Assembly: GCA_044222185.1 (NCBI GenBank)
Contig: JBGANV010000011.1
Span: forward strand, 1-64,000
Length of the DNA: 64,000 nt
Direction of reading: 5' to 3'
From: Planctomycetota bacterium
GTDB lineage: Bacteria; Planctomycetota; GCA-002687715; CAIWVZ01
Below are positions 10,190 through 20,326 of the stretch, piece by piece. The notes beneath the pieces are model-generated. The model was not told where the DNA came from. It searched no databases and saw only the letters and a list, made by a program, of their open reading frames with translations. Each line of letters begins with the position of its first letter. The stretch's first letter is position 1. Both the position numbers and the translations under genes were made by a program.

Positions 10190-10476
10190 GCTGTTCCTCC
10201 GAGCTTGGTTCCTGCTCCGGCCACTGCGACGCGAGACCGCCCGAACGGCCAGCGGGGCGCTCACCTTTCCCGGACCACGAAGATGGAGCGGGAAACGGGA
10301 GGCGCGTCCACCGAGACGGCAACGTCGGGAGTTTAGAGCCCGAACGGGTTCCCAGGCAAGAACTGACGGTCGGATCTCGCGTCGAGCCTCCGTCCGACCG
10401 TGGCGTCGATCGGATGCACCCGGGCGCGCGAACACGGTGACGTTCGGTTGCGACGGCGGGTGTTAGGACGGTCTGC

Positions 10477-11118
10477 ATGATCACCGTCGCCCCGCATCCG
10501 ATTCTCGAACCCGCGGCGTTCGTCACCCGCTTCCCGGGTGCACTCGCAACGATGCCCTCGCCGGACTGGCTGAAGCTGTTGTTGGCGCTCGACGCACCAT
10601 TCCCCATGCGGAGCGACGACGGGGTACGCGCTGCCGTTCGCGATCTCCTCCGCTCAGGTGGATTCAAACCGACGGGCCGATCCAAGCCCGCGTCCGAATA
10701 CCTGCTGCGAGCGGTTGCGGACGGTGCGCTCGGCTCAATCAACGTGGCCGTCGACGCGTGCAACGTCACGTCGCTCCATTCCGGGATGCCGATCAGCGTC
10801 GTCGATCTGAGCCGCGGTCGAAGCCCCTGGTCGATCTCGACGCCGGCGGCGCCAGCGAGCTACGTCTTCAACGCCGCGGGGCAGGAAATCGACATCGCGG
10901 GTCTCTTGTGTCTTTGCGACGCCGACGGCCCGTGCGCCAACGCCGTGAAGGACGCCCAGCGGACGAAGACGACGCCTGAAACGACGGAGACGCTGTCGGT
11001 CGTCTGGGGGACCCGAGCGCTGTCGGGTCGAGCCGACGAGACGGCGCGGCAATATCGCGCGCTCCTCGAGCGCGCCGGGGCGACGACCTTGGACGCGCCG
11101 CTGATCCGGCCGGCATGA
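10477..11118 (+). CDS. Stand-alone B3/B4 (PheRS beta editing-like) domain protein
   Basis: Motifs GFKPTGRSKPASEYLLR, INVAVDACNVTSLHSGMPISVVD, LCDADGPCAN typical of free-standing B3/4 proteins. Confidence 0.8.
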   Translation: MITVAPHPILEPAAFVTRFPGALATMPSPDWLKLLLALDAPFPMRSDDGVRAAVRDLLRSGGFKPTGRSKPASEYLLRAVADGALGSINVAVDACNVTSLHSGMPISVVDLSRGRSPWSISTPAAPASYVFNAAGQEIDIAGLLCLCDADGPCANAVKDAQRTKTTPETTETLSVVWGTRALSGRADETARQYRALLERAGATTLDAPLIRPA

Positions 11119-11125
11119 ATGAAGA

Positions 11126-11154
11126 CGGGGCGCACGGCGAAACCGCGCGCCCCG
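11126..11154. terminator. GC-rich hairpin between convergent genes, possible intrinsic terminator
   Basis: CGGGGCGCACGG-CGAAA-CCGCGCGCCCCG, one mismatch; followed on minus strand by TCTTCATT. Confidence 0.45.
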
Positions 11155-11198
11155 CTCGTTGCGTCCACATGTCGCCGCGACGCGTCGGCCTTCAGGAC

Positions 11199-12349
11199 TC
11201 AGTACACGGTGTAGGACGTGTTGCCGGCGCCCGGATAGAGCGCGAAGCTCGAGTTCGCGAGGTTGAAGTTCGTCGTGCCAGCGCCGGCACCGAAGACCTC
11301 GTTCAGAGATTCCATCGCGCCACCGGCGTAGCTGTTGCCGACGTGCGAGAGCAAGGAGCCGTTGGGAGCGCTCGGCCCGAACACCGTCACCAGCGACGCG
11401 GTGTTGTTGCCCGGCGTCACGCCGACGATCGAGTCGATCGACCCGACAGGGCCGTATTGGAACGAAATGAGGCCCGTCGTCAAGTCGAGCGTCACGCCGG
11501 AGGTGTTCAACGATGCCGGAGCCCCGTACTCCTGGACGCTCGTCCATTGCACGACGACCGTCGAGCCGTTGTCGAACTTCGTGACGCCGCCGGTCACCGG
11601 GAAGAGGTCGTCCCACAGCGGTGCAATTCGCGCCGGGCCGGAATCGAAGGCTGACTGGTACTCGGTGAAGCTCGCGTCCGGTGACCCGAACGTGATGTTG
11701 CCATTCGAGCTCACGAAGGCCGTGTAGTAGGACTGGCCGTAGAACTGGAACGTGTTGCAGTTCGCGAAGCGCAGCTCGAAGGTGCAATCGTCACACTGGG
11801 TGATCGTCTGCGGGCTCGTGTCGGGTGGCGGAGCGCCCGGCAGCTGGAACGACCAGGCTGCGGACAGGACGAACGACGGGGAGGCCGGGGTCAGGAACAA
11901 TGCCTGGATGTTCGCGAGGCTGCTCGTGATCGTCGTGCAAGGGGCCGTCGCGCCGGTCAGGTTCATCGCGAACGACGTGTTGCCGTAGGGGCCCGTGTTG
12001 AGGATCGACCCAAGCAGGGTGCCCTGCGCCGAGATCCCGTCCAACACGAGTTCGATCGGCGGGAAACCGATCGGTCCGATGTCGACGTTGCCGTACGGCG
12101 TCGGGAAGCCGGGCGTCAGGATCGTCCCACCTGCGCCTGGATTCGCGTTGAACAGCGCGAACGGCGAGTTGTTCGACCCCTGGAACGTCAACGTGAAGCT
12201 CTGCGGCAGGCTGACGGTCTGCACGAACGGCCCCGTCCCACCGGATCCGTTGTAGTCGACCATGAGCGTCGCGTTGTTCGAGTTGGCTGCTGGGCAGCCA
12301 CGATGGAGGCCAGGCAGATGGCGAGGCCCGTCAAGCGAATGCTCTTCAT
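11199..12349 (-). pseudogene. Secreted NIDO-like protein, paralog 3, with 1-nt frameshift after signal peptide (pseudogene or sequencing error)
   Basis: Signal peptide MKSIRLTGLAICLASIVAAQQP (ATG 12349) is out of frame with body 11199..12263; minus strand reads CAG CAG CC AAC TCG versus CAG CAG CCC AAC TCG in paralog 1 (missing base at 12285-12286); body has CDDC, FQFYG, SSNGNITF, IAPLWDDLFP. Confidence 0.75.
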
Positions 12350-12576
12350 TCTTGTGAACTCGTCAGTCGTCACGGCGTCATCCGGGCTGCGCCCGACGGG
12401 CACGAGTGTGCTGAACGGCGGTCTGGACTGCATCGGCGGCGCGATCGACGATCGATCTCACGCCGCAATTCGGCACTGCGGTCAGGGGACCGAGCGCAAC
12501 GGATGTCGAACCATGGCGCGACGAGATTAGGTGCAACTGGGGGGACGATGCAACACCGCACTTCCACGAATCACGC

Positions 12577-13743
12577 TCACGTCGCGATCAGCAACAGCCC
12601 GATCACCGTCGTCACGATCGTCGAGATGACTCCGAACCGCAGGTGCGCCCAGAACGGCAGCTCAGCTTGCTCGGCGACGATCAGATTCGCGGCGGACCCG
12701 ACCAGGGTGAGATTCCCTGCCAGGGTGCTGACCAGAGCAAGTTCGAACCAGTCGCCATCGGTCACCATGTGCGGACCGGCGAGAAGCACCAGCGGGACGT
12801 TGGAAAACAGGTTCGAACCGACGAGCAGCGCCGGCACGTACCAGGGAGTTCCGCGGAGATGCTCGACGAGGGTCCGCGACAGTCCCGTGCTGTCGACGCC
12901 CTTCACGACGACGAAAAGTCCGGCGAAGAAGACGAGGAGCTTCCAGTCGACGCGGGCGAACACCGGCGCAGGATCGGCCCGAGACGTGATGATCAACGCC
13001 ACGGCGCCCGCCATGGCGACCCACGACAGGTCGGCCCCGCGAAGAAACGCGATGAAGACTCCGCAAAGGACGACGCAAACGACCGCCACCCGTCGCGGAT
13101 CGATCAGGATCGGGTCGAGTTCGACGGCACCGAATCGCTTGGGCAGGCTCCGCCCGTAGAAGATGACCAGGAGCACGGCATTGACGACCAGCAACGCCAG
13201 CGCGATCGGCCCCATGCGCGCCAGGTAGTTGCTGAACGGAATCTGTGACATGGATCCGATGATCATGATCTGCGGATTCCCGACCAGGGTTCCGATGCTG
13301 CCCACGTTCGACGACGTGGCGACGGCCATGAGGTAGGGCAACAACGGAAGTCGGGCTCGCTGGCACGCCAGCACGACGATCGGTGTCGCGAAGAGGCAGA
13401 TCGTGTCGTTGACGAGGAACGCCGACAGGACTCCCGAGAGCATCGAGACCGCGACCAGGAGGGTCGTGGGCGTGCGCAGGCGCCGAAGGAGAGCGACTCC
13501 GGACCACTCCAGCGCCCGGGCGTCCACCAGGAACACCGTGATCACCATCATCCCGAAGAGGAGCGCGAGCGTCGCAGGGTCGATCGCCAGATAGGCGGCA
13601 CGGGGCACGAGCACGCCGCAAAGCACCATGAGGACAGCACCGAGCATGGCGCCCGCCGCCCGTCCGATGGGAAGCCAACGCAGCTGCCGGTTGGCGATGA
13701 GCACGTAGGTCAGCACGAAGATGGCGATCGGAACCGCGGCCAT
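12577..13743 (-). CDS. ArsB/NhaD/SLC13-type (CitMHS-like) anion permease
   Basis: Highly hydrophobic from MAAVPIAIF; motifs LSAFLVNDT, SSNVGSIGTLVGNPQ, SNLFSNVP, STLAGNLTLVGSAANLIV. Confidence 0.85.
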   Translation of the reverse strand: MAAVPIAIFVLTYVLIANRQLRWLPIGRAAGAMLGAVLMVLCGVLVPRAAYLAIDPATLALLFGMMVITVFLVDARALEWSGVALLRRLRTPTTLLVAVSMLSGVLSAFLVNDTICLFATPIVVLACQRARLPLLPYLMAVATSSNVGSIGTLVGNPQIMIIGSMSQIPFSNYLARMGPIALALLVVNAVLLVIFYGRSLPKRFGAVELDPILIDPRRVAVVCVVLCGVFIAFLRGADLSWVAMAGAVALIITSRADPAPVFARVDWKLLVFFAGLFVVVKGVDSTGLSRTLVEHLRGTPWYVPALLVGSNLFSNVPLVLLAGPHMVTDGDWFELALVSTLAGNLTLVGSAANLIVAEQAELPFWAHLRFGVISTIVTTVIGLLLIAT

Positions 13744-13923
13744 GAGGCGCCGAAGGTACCAACGCACGCGGGTTGACTCGGTGCCGGCGCGCGCGCCGGA
13801 GTCCGGTCCCATGAACGAACGCCTCGCTGATCGGCTCTTGATGCGGCGCCAATCTCCCCCGCCGATCATCCTGGCGAGGTCCACGTGCCCGGGTTCCGAG
13901 CCTTCACCAGAGCGGGAGTCGAC

Positions 13924-14502
13924 ATGAACACGATCACGAACACGCCCGTGCGGAGCGTCTGGGCGCATCTCGCGCGCCACGACGGCCACCTGTTCGACTG
14001 CATCGTCCGCCGCAGGAGCGAGCGGCTGAACCGGGTCATGATCCTGTTGACCCGGAGCGGCGATGCTCGCGTCTACCTCGCTGCCGCTCTCCTCGGCTGG
14101 CTGATCGGCCCGGACGCCGGAGAGGCGCTCATCGGCTGCGCGATTGCAGCCGGTCTCGCCGCGGGGGCGGGGTACATCCCCAAGCGCCTCGTGGCGCGGC
14201 CGCGGCCAGCTCGGATGCAGCCCGGCCTCCACCCCCTCCTGTCGCATCCCGACGCGTGGTCGTTTCCGTCGTCGCACACCGCGTCGGCGTTCGCCGTCGC
14301 CATCGCATGTGCGAGCGGGATGGGACCGATCGCCGGGGTGATCGCAGTCGCGTGGGCCACGTTGGTCGGAATATCCCGCATCTACGTCGGGGCGCATTAC
14401 CCGCTCGACGTGACGATGGGAGCGCTGCTCGGCTCCGCGGTGTCGCTGTCGCTCGGCTTCGTGCGAGATGGACTCGGTCACATCCTCCTTCACCTGCGTT
14501 GA
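13924..14502 (+). CDS. PAP2-family membrane phosphatase
   Basis: C1 KRLVARPRP, C2 SFPSSH, C3 SRIYVGAHYPLDV; ATG 13924 after GGGAG. Confidence 0.9.
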   Translation: MNTITNTPVRSVWAHLARHDGHLFDCIVRRRSERLNRVMILLTRSGDARVYLAAALLGWLIGPDAGEALIGCAIAAGLAAGAGYIPKRLVARPRPARMQPGLHPLLSHPDAWSFPSSHTASAFAVAIACASGMGPIAGVIAVAWATLVGISRIYVGAHYPLDVTMGALLGSAVSLSLGFVRDGLGHILLHLR

Positions 14503-14618
14503 AGCCATCAGGCCTCGGGCTCCAGGTGCACTCGCGACTTCGCATCCCGAGCCTCTACGCGGCGTTGACCGCCCCCGCCGTCGGCGTACACTCGGCGCAC
14601 CACATCGGAGGGGGCCCC

Positions 14619-15344
14619 ATGCAATCAGTCCAACGACTGCCGAACTTCGGCGACATAATCTCGACCTCGTTTCAGGTCTGGACGAAGAATCTCGCGACTT
14701 ACGTGCCGATCACGCTGCTCCTGGCGATACCGCGCATGCTCGCCGTCACGGCGATCCGCCCCCCCATAGGCGAGTCGCTGGGCACGCTCATCGGACTGGT
14801 GACCGATGCCATGGCGGCGGGGTTCCTGACGTTCGCCGTGTTCAGCCACCTCACCGGCAAGCGCCCCGGCCTTCCGGAAATCGTGTCGGTGGGATTGGCC
14901 CGGATGGGCTCGGTCATCGGCGTATCCCTCTGCGTCGCCGCGCCGATGGTCCTCACCGCGCTCGGCACGTTGCTGATCACGCCCCTGCTCGGGCTGCTGA
15001 TCATCCCCGCGTTCATCCTCTTCATCATGTGGTCGGTCGCAGTGTGTGTATGCGTCGTGGAGCGGTCGGCCGTCGGCCTCTGCATCTCACGAAGCGCCAC
15101 GCTGACGGCCGGCTTCCGGTGGCAGACGTTCGCGCTCCTCCTCGTCATCGGCCTGATCGTCGCGGTGCCGGCGTCCATCCCAGCACTGCTTCTGCGTGGG
15201 TCGCCGGTGCTCGGCGCCATCCTCGCGACGACGATCGGCGGAGTCCTCGCCTCGCTTCATGGTGTCGCCGTCGTCGTGCTGTACCGCGAGCTTCGCATCG
15301 CCAAGGAAGGCCTGGACGCGAACACGCTCGCAAACGTGTTCTGA
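14619..15344 (+). CDS. Conserved integral membrane protein (about 6 TM), function unknown
   Basis: ATG 14619 after GGAGG; hydrophobic segments; pattern ERS...ISRSATLTAGFRWQ and LYRELRIAKEG common in this class of membrane proteins. Confidence 0.7.
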   Translation: MQSVQRLPNFGDIISTSFQVWTKNLATYVPITLLLAIPRMLAVTAIRPPIGESLGTLIGLVTDAMAAGFLTFAVFSHLTGKRPGLPEIVSVGLARMGSVIGVSLCVAAPMVLTALGTLLITPLLGLLIIPAFILFIMWSVAVCVCVVERSAVGLCISRSATLTAGFRWQTFALLLVIGLIVAVPASIPALLLRGSPVLGAILATTIGGVLASLHGVAVVVLYRELRIAKEGLDANTLANVF

Positions 15345-15350
15345 TCTGAG

Positions 15351-15396
15351 GGGCGGAGCTCGGGGCGAAGCCTCGCGCAAGGAAAGGGCTCCGCCC
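15351..15396. terminator. Inverted repeat between convergent genes
   Basis: GGGCGGAGC (15351-15359) / GCTCCGCCC (15388-15396) enclosing a small CGGGGC-GAA-GCCTCG hairpin; no U-tract. Confidence 0.35.
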
Positions 15397-15517
15397 AGTC
15401 CGGAGCTCCGAGCCGCGGTTCTCATCGCCCGCCGCGCGTGACGGTCGTCGGTGCTGCCGATCGATCGCGTGACGATTGCCGTGCCGCGACGCCCGGGCGT
15501 CCCGCCGCGCCCCGTCG

Positions 15518-16453
15518 CTAGAGTGTGGCCCGCACGCGCTCGAGGAGCGTCTTCGTCGCGCGCACGCCGGCGTACTCGTCCAAGCGGTTGCCCTCGTACT
15601 CGATCCCCACGTGACCGTGGTAGCCGCCATCGACGACGATCTTCATCATCCGGGCGTAATCGATGGTCGTCTCGTTCCCCTTGTCGTCGAAGTCGTAGCT
15701 CTTCGCCGACACGCCCTTCGCAAAGGGCATCATCTCCGCGGTCCCGAGGTAGCGGTCGTATTGCTCCTTGTCGCTGATGCGGAAGTTGCCGAAGTCCGGC
15801 AGGGTGCCGAGACGCGGGTGGGAGACGGCGCGCATCACGCTCGCGAGCCATGCAGCGTTCGACGACAACCCTCCGTGGTTCTCGACGATGACGTTGATCC
15901 CCATCGTCTCACCGTACTCACACAGCTTCGCGAGCCCCTCGGCTGCAAGCTTCATCTGCTCTTCCGGTGTCCCGGAGCTCTGCGCGTTGACGCGGATGGT
16001 GTGGCAACCGAGGAACCTGGCGGCGCGCACCCATCGGTGGTGGTTCGTGACGGCCTTGTCCCGCTCCTTCGAATCGGCGGCACCCAGCGCGCCTTCGCCG
16101 TCGATCATGATGAGGCCGCTCCGGACTCCCACGTCGTCACACCGCTTCTTCAACTCCCCGAGATACTTCTCGTCGTCGGCCTTGTCCTTGAAGAACTGGT
16201 TCACGTACTCGACGACGTCGATGCCGAGGTCGTGCGCGACCTTGGGAAACTCCAGGTTGTCGAGCTTGGGCTTCACCTCGCCGAAGAGATGCCGATGGAA
16301 GGACCACTCGGCGAGCGAGATCTTGAACGGCAACTCCTTCGCGGCGGGCTTGGAGTCCTGTGGACGGGTCGCGGTGCCCACGACCAGGTGAGCCACCGGA
16401 AACGCAGCCGCTGCGGCGGCGAGGAACTCGCGACGATTCGGGGCACGACACAT
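15518..16453 (-). CDS. Tat-exported sugar phosphate isomerase/epimerase (xylose isomerase-like TIM barrel)
   Basis: Twin-arginine leader [12 protein letters not shown]; motifs [32 protein letters not shown]. Confidence 0.85.
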   Translation of the reverse strand: MCRAPNRREFLAAAAAAFPVAHLVVGTATRPQDSKPAAKELPFKISLAEWSFHRHLFGEVKPKLDNLEFPKVAHDLGIDVVEYVNQFFKDKADDEKYLGELKKRCDDVGVRSGLIMIDGEGALGAADSKERDKAVTNHHRWVRAARFLGCHTIRVNAQSSGTPEEQMKLAAEGLAKLCEYGETMGINVIVENHGGLSSNAAWLASVMRAVSHPRLGTLPDFGNFRISDKEQYDRYLGTAEMMPFAKGVSAKSYDFDDKGNETTIDYARMMKIVVDGGYHGHVGIEYEGNRLDEYAGVRATKTLLERVRATL

Positions 16454-16654
16454 GGTGGATCTCCGGCGTGGCGACACGCGCACGAGCGCAAGCGTACGGC
16501 GCCCCACTGCCAGCCGCCAACCAACGCCGCGCCGGGGCGTCCATTTTGGCGGGCCCGCGGCTGTCGTATGCTCGGCCATCTCCGCCCGAAGCGGCTGCCA
16601 CGTGCGGCACCGCTCGCCCGGGCCCCGCGATCGGACTTTCACGAGGACACTGCC

Positions 16655-17665
16655 GTGCGACGCAAGATTGGCATCAACGGTTTCGGACGAATCGGCCGCC
16701 AGGTCATCAAGGCGATCAACGAGCGCCACAAGAACGAGCTCCAGGTCGTAGCCGTCAACGATCTCCTGGACGCCAACACGAACGCTCACCTGATGAAGTA
16801 CGACTCGACGTACGGACGCTATCCCGGGACCGTCGAGGTGAAGGAAGGCAAGATCGTCGTCGACGGTGAAGCGATCACGGCGACGGCCGAGAAGGACCCG
16901 GGCGCCATCAAGTGGAAGGACATGGGCGTCGACATCGTGATCGAGTCCACGGGATTCTTCACCGATGCGACGAAGGCTCGCGCTCACATCGATTCCGGCG
17001 GTGCGAAGAAGGTCATCATCTCGGCGCCCGCGAAGAACGAGGACATCACGGTCGTCCTGGGCGTCAACGACGAGATGTACGACTCGAAGAAGCACAACGT
17101 CATCAGCAACGCGTCGTGCACGACGAACGGACTCGCGCCCGTCGCCAAGGTCCTGAACGACCACTTCGGGATCGAGAAGGGCCTGCTCACGACCGTTCAC
17201 GCCTACACGAACTCGCAGCGGCTCCTCGACGTCGCGAGCAAGGATCTCCGCGACGCACGCGCAGCGGCCCAGAACATCGTTCCCTCGGAGACGGGTGCGG
17301 CGCGAGCGGTCGGCCTCGTGATCCCCGAGCTGAAAGGGAAGTTCGGCGGGATGGCGTTCCGCGTCCCGACCCCGACGGTCTCCGTCATCGACTTCACGGC
17401 GATCCTGAAGAAGCCGTTCACGAAGGAATCCGTTCGCGAGGCCATGATCGGCGCAGCGAACACGCGCATGAAAGGCGTGCTCCAGGTCACCGACGAGCCG
17501 CTCGTCTCGACGGACCTGCGCGGCAGCCCGTTCTCTTCGATCTTCAGCGCGCTCGACACCCTCGTACTCGAGAACATGATCAAGGTCGTCGCCTGGTACG
17601 ACAACGAGTGGGGTTACTCCTGCCGCGTGTCGGACCTCGCCGCCAAGCTCGCAGGTTCGCTCTGA
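16655..17665 (+). CDS. gap: Type I glyceraldehyde-3-phosphate dehydrogenase
   Basis: GTG 16655 after GAGGA; [34 protein letters not shown]. Confidence 0.97.
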   Translation: MRRKIGINGFGRIGRQVIKAINERHKNELQVVAVNDLLDANTNAHLMKYDSTYGRYPGTVEVKEGKIVVDGEAITATAEKDPGAIKWKDMGVDIVIESTGFFTDATKARAHIDSGGAKKVIISAPAKNEDITVVLGVNDEMYDSKKHNVISNASCTTNGLAPVAKVLNDHFGIEKGLLTTVHAYTNSQRLLDVASKDLRDARAAAQNIVPSETGAARAVGLVIPELKGKFGGMAFRVPTPTVSVIDFTAILKKPFTKESVREAMIGAANTRMKGVLQVTDEPLVSTDLRGSPFSSIFSALDTLVLENMIKVVAWYDNEWGYSCRVSDLAAKLAGSL

Positions 17666-17686
17666 TCACCTCCCCCTGAGCCGCTC

Positions 17687-18295
17687 ATGCCGCGCCGGAA
17701 ATCGGCCTACCGGGCCGCACTCGCGACCGTTCCCGATCTCCTGCGCGGCCCGACCAATCCGGTCGTGATCCCAGACGGCATGCCGGCGACGGTCGAAGTG
17801 GGCATGGGCGCGGGCCACTTCCTCGTGGCCTGCGCCGCGCGCGATCCGGGGCGCATGTTCGTCGGCGTCGAGATCAAGGAAGAGCGGGCATTCCAGGCGT
17901 CGCGCGAGGCAAGGCAGATGGGCGTCACGAACGTGATGTTCATCGTCGGCGAGCTGACCCGAATCAAGGACGCACTCCCCCGCGCGCGCTTCGACCAGTT
18001 GTTCGTGTTGTTTCCCGATCCGTGGCCGCGCAAGCGTGACTTCGCGCGCCGCCTGACGTCCGTGCGATACCTGTCGATCATCCGGACGTGGCTTGCGCCG
18101 GGCGCCCGGTGCGAGTTCCGAAGCGACAACGCCGCGCTGTTCTGCGATGCGCTCGGGACGATCCGCGAGGCAGGGTTCACGATCACGTCGAGCTCGAACA
18201 ACACGGAGCCCGACGTCGTCCAGACGCGCTACGAAAAGCGGTTTCGCGCCGAATCCAAGCCGATCCACGGCATCCACTTTCGCTGGCCCGGTTGA
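17687..18295 (+). CDS. trmB: tRNA (guanine-N7)-methyltransferase
   Basis: SAM motif VEVGMGAG, GVEIK, FPDPWPRKR, SDN, TRYEKRF. Confidence 0.88.
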   Translation: MPRRKSAYRAALATVPDLLRGPTNPVVIPDGMPATVEVGMGAGHFLVACAARDPGRMFVGVEIKEERAFQASREARQMGVTNVMFIVGELTRIKDALPRARFDQLFVLFPDPWPRKRDFARRLTSVRYLSIIRTWLAPGARCEFRSDNAALFCDALGTIREAGFTITSSSNNTEPDVVQTRYEKRFRAESKPIHGIHFRWPG

Positions 18296-18334
18296 TGACT
18301 GACTCAGGCGGATAGACTCTCCCTCCGCAACTCC

Positions 18335-19591
18335 ATGGTCATCACCGCAGGCATCTTGTTCGCATGCTGGATCCTCCTGGGCGCCGGCGTCCTGCGCGCA
18401 CTGGCACGGCTCGAGATGCTCCGTGACGTGCTCGATCGGGACGAGTCGCGGCACGGAGCCGGCGCGTCGACGCCGCTGCCTTCGCTCTCGATCGTCATCA
18501 CGGCGCTGAACGAGGAGGCGGACATCGAACGCTGCGTCCGGCGGTTCGCCGGCCAGCAGTACGACGGGCTCCAGCTCATCGCGGTCAACGACCGCTCCAC
18601 CGACCGGACGGGAGAGATCCTCGATCGCGTCGCGCGGGAGGTCGATCCCACCGGCCGCCGGATCGTCCCGGTCCACATCCGCGAGCTGCCGAAGGGCTGG
18701 CTCGGAAAGTGCCATGCGTGCCACGTGGGCGCGAGTCGTGCGGAATCGGACTGGATCCTCTTCGCCGACGGCGACGTGGAACTGCGCGCCGACGACCTTC
18801 TGGCCCGCGTCGTGCGGTTCGCCGAGCGCAATGCCCTGGATCACGTCACGGTCGTGTTCGACTCCAAGCCCATGACGATCCTGAAGGAGGCCGTCCTGTC
18901 GGCCTTCGCCCAGATCTTCCTGCTCGTCGCCCGCCTCCCGGAAATGATGCGCGACGAGCCTCGCGGCGGAGTCGGCGTCGGAGCCTTCAACCTCATCCGC
19001 CGAACCCATTACGAACGTGTCCAGGGCCACCACCGACTGAAGATGGACACGGCCGACGATCTGAAACTCGGCATCCTCCTCCGGCAGAACGGCGCCCGGC
19101 AGAGGATCTACAACGCCGATGGCCTGATCTACTGTGCCTGGCAACCCAGCGTCGTGGGTGTCATCCGCGGGCTGGAGAAGAACTACTTCGGCGCATTCGA
19201 CTACAGCCTCGTGAAGACGATCTTCGCGACGGCGTTCCTCGCGTTCCTCTCCTGGGGCCCCATCGTCCTGCCGATCGTCGCATGGCTGCGCCCAGCCGCA
19301 GAACGAACGCCGGTCTTCTGGGCCGCGGTCTTCGCGCCGCTGGGACTGCAGACCGCGCTGCACGTCTTCGGTCAGTACCGCTATGGACGTCGGACCGGCA
19401 CTCGCCTCATCCCCACGCTGCTGATTCCCTTCGGCTGGCTCGTGATGGTCATCGCCGCATGGAATTCGGCGATCCGGATCCTGGCCCGCGGCGGCGTGCA
19501 GTGGCGCGACACGTTCTATCCCATCAGCGAGCTCAAGGCGGGCCTGCTGCGGCCATCCGATCTGGCGCGGAGAGTTCCTCCGCCCGGGTGA
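18335..19591 (+). CDS. Membrane GT2 glycosyltransferase (HpnB/CrtQ-like lipid glycosyltransferase group)
   Basis: ALNEE, VNDRSTDRT, PKGWLGKCHAC, FADGD, ADDLKLG; N- and C-terminal TM helices; C-terminal VQWRD. Confidence 0.85.
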   Translation: MVITAGILFACWILLGAGVLRALARLEMLRDVLDRDESRHGAGASTPLPSLSIVITALNEEADIERCVRRFAGQQYDGLQLIAVNDRSTDRTGEILDRVAREVDPTGRRIVPVHIRELPKGWLGKCHACHVGASRAESDWILFADGDVELRADDLLARVVRFAERNALDHVTVVFDSKPMTILKEAVLSAFAQIFLLVARLPEMMRDEPRGGVGVGAFNLIRRTHYERVQGHHRLKMDTADDLKLGILLRQNGARQRIYNADGLIYCAWQPSVVGVIRGLEKNYFGAFDYSLVKTIFATAFLAFLSWGPIVLPIVAWLRPAAERTPVFWAAVFAPLGLQTALHVFGQYRYGRRTGTRLIPTLLIPFGWLVMVIAAWNSAIRILARGGVQWRDTFYPISELKAGLLRPSDLARRVPPPG

Positions 19592-19771
19592 GCGGCCATG
19601 GATTCGTGGACGCACGCCGCACCTGCGCCGAGGTGAATCACGCCGTGAATCGACCGCCGTCGTGCGCGCTCCGCACGTCGATCCACCTCCGCACGCCACG
19701 TTCGGCGCCGTACCATCGGGCGACCCGATCCACGCGCGATGTCGCGTCCTACCGTCGAGGAGTCACGTGCC

Positions 19772-20122
19772 ATGCCGAAGATGAAGGCCTATGCCAGCTT
19801 CGACCTCTACCTGGCCGACCAGCCGCCCAAGCAGCAGAAGATCATCAAGGCGTTGCGTGCGTTCGTGAAGCGCGCGGCACCCAAGCTCACGGAATCGGTG
19901 AAATGGGGCAACGGCTGCTGGGTCCAGGGGAAGGTCCCGATCGCCTACGTCTACTCCGACACCGACCACGTCCAATTCGGCTTCATCCGCGGGTCGTCGC
20001 TGGAAGACCCGCGCGGACTGCTCCAGGGGAAGGGCCAATACGTACGCCACACGAAGCTGCGAAGCCCGGCCGAGATCGACGAGAAAGCCCTGCGGGCACT
20101 GCTACGCCAAGCGATCCGATGA
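19772..20122 (+). CDS. DUF1801 (YdhG-like) protein
   Basis: ATG 19772 after GAGGAG; ESVKWG, HVQFGF..GSSLEDPRGLLQGKG..VRHTKL. Confidence 0.8.
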   Translation: MPKMKAYASFDLYLADQPPKQQKIIKALRAFVKRAAPKLTESVKWGNGCWVQGKVPIAYVYSDTDHVQFGFIRGSSLEDPRGLLQGKGQYVRHTKLRSPAEIDEKALRALLRQAIR

Positions 20123-20326
20123 CTGCTCGGTGCAGGCCGTGAGCCCGAGCGATCACGTCGGGCGAATCACTCCTCGACGAACTCGCGCGCGACCTCGGAG
20201 ACGCCCCACGAGGGGGGCGCGCGGTCCCCATCGAGACGGGGCCGTCGCGCCGAGCGTGTTCGTCGGTCGTCCTGCGCCATCCGACCCCGCGGCGAGCGGC
20301 AGCCGCGGGATCATCCGTCGCGGCCC

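Noticed and set aside
12577-17665. Long N-terminal extensions in the ORF track (643-aa permease, 560-aa TIM barrel, 729-aa GAPDH)
   Set aside because: Extensions overlap real genes on the opposite strand; downstream starts with RBS or family-typical N-termini fit better
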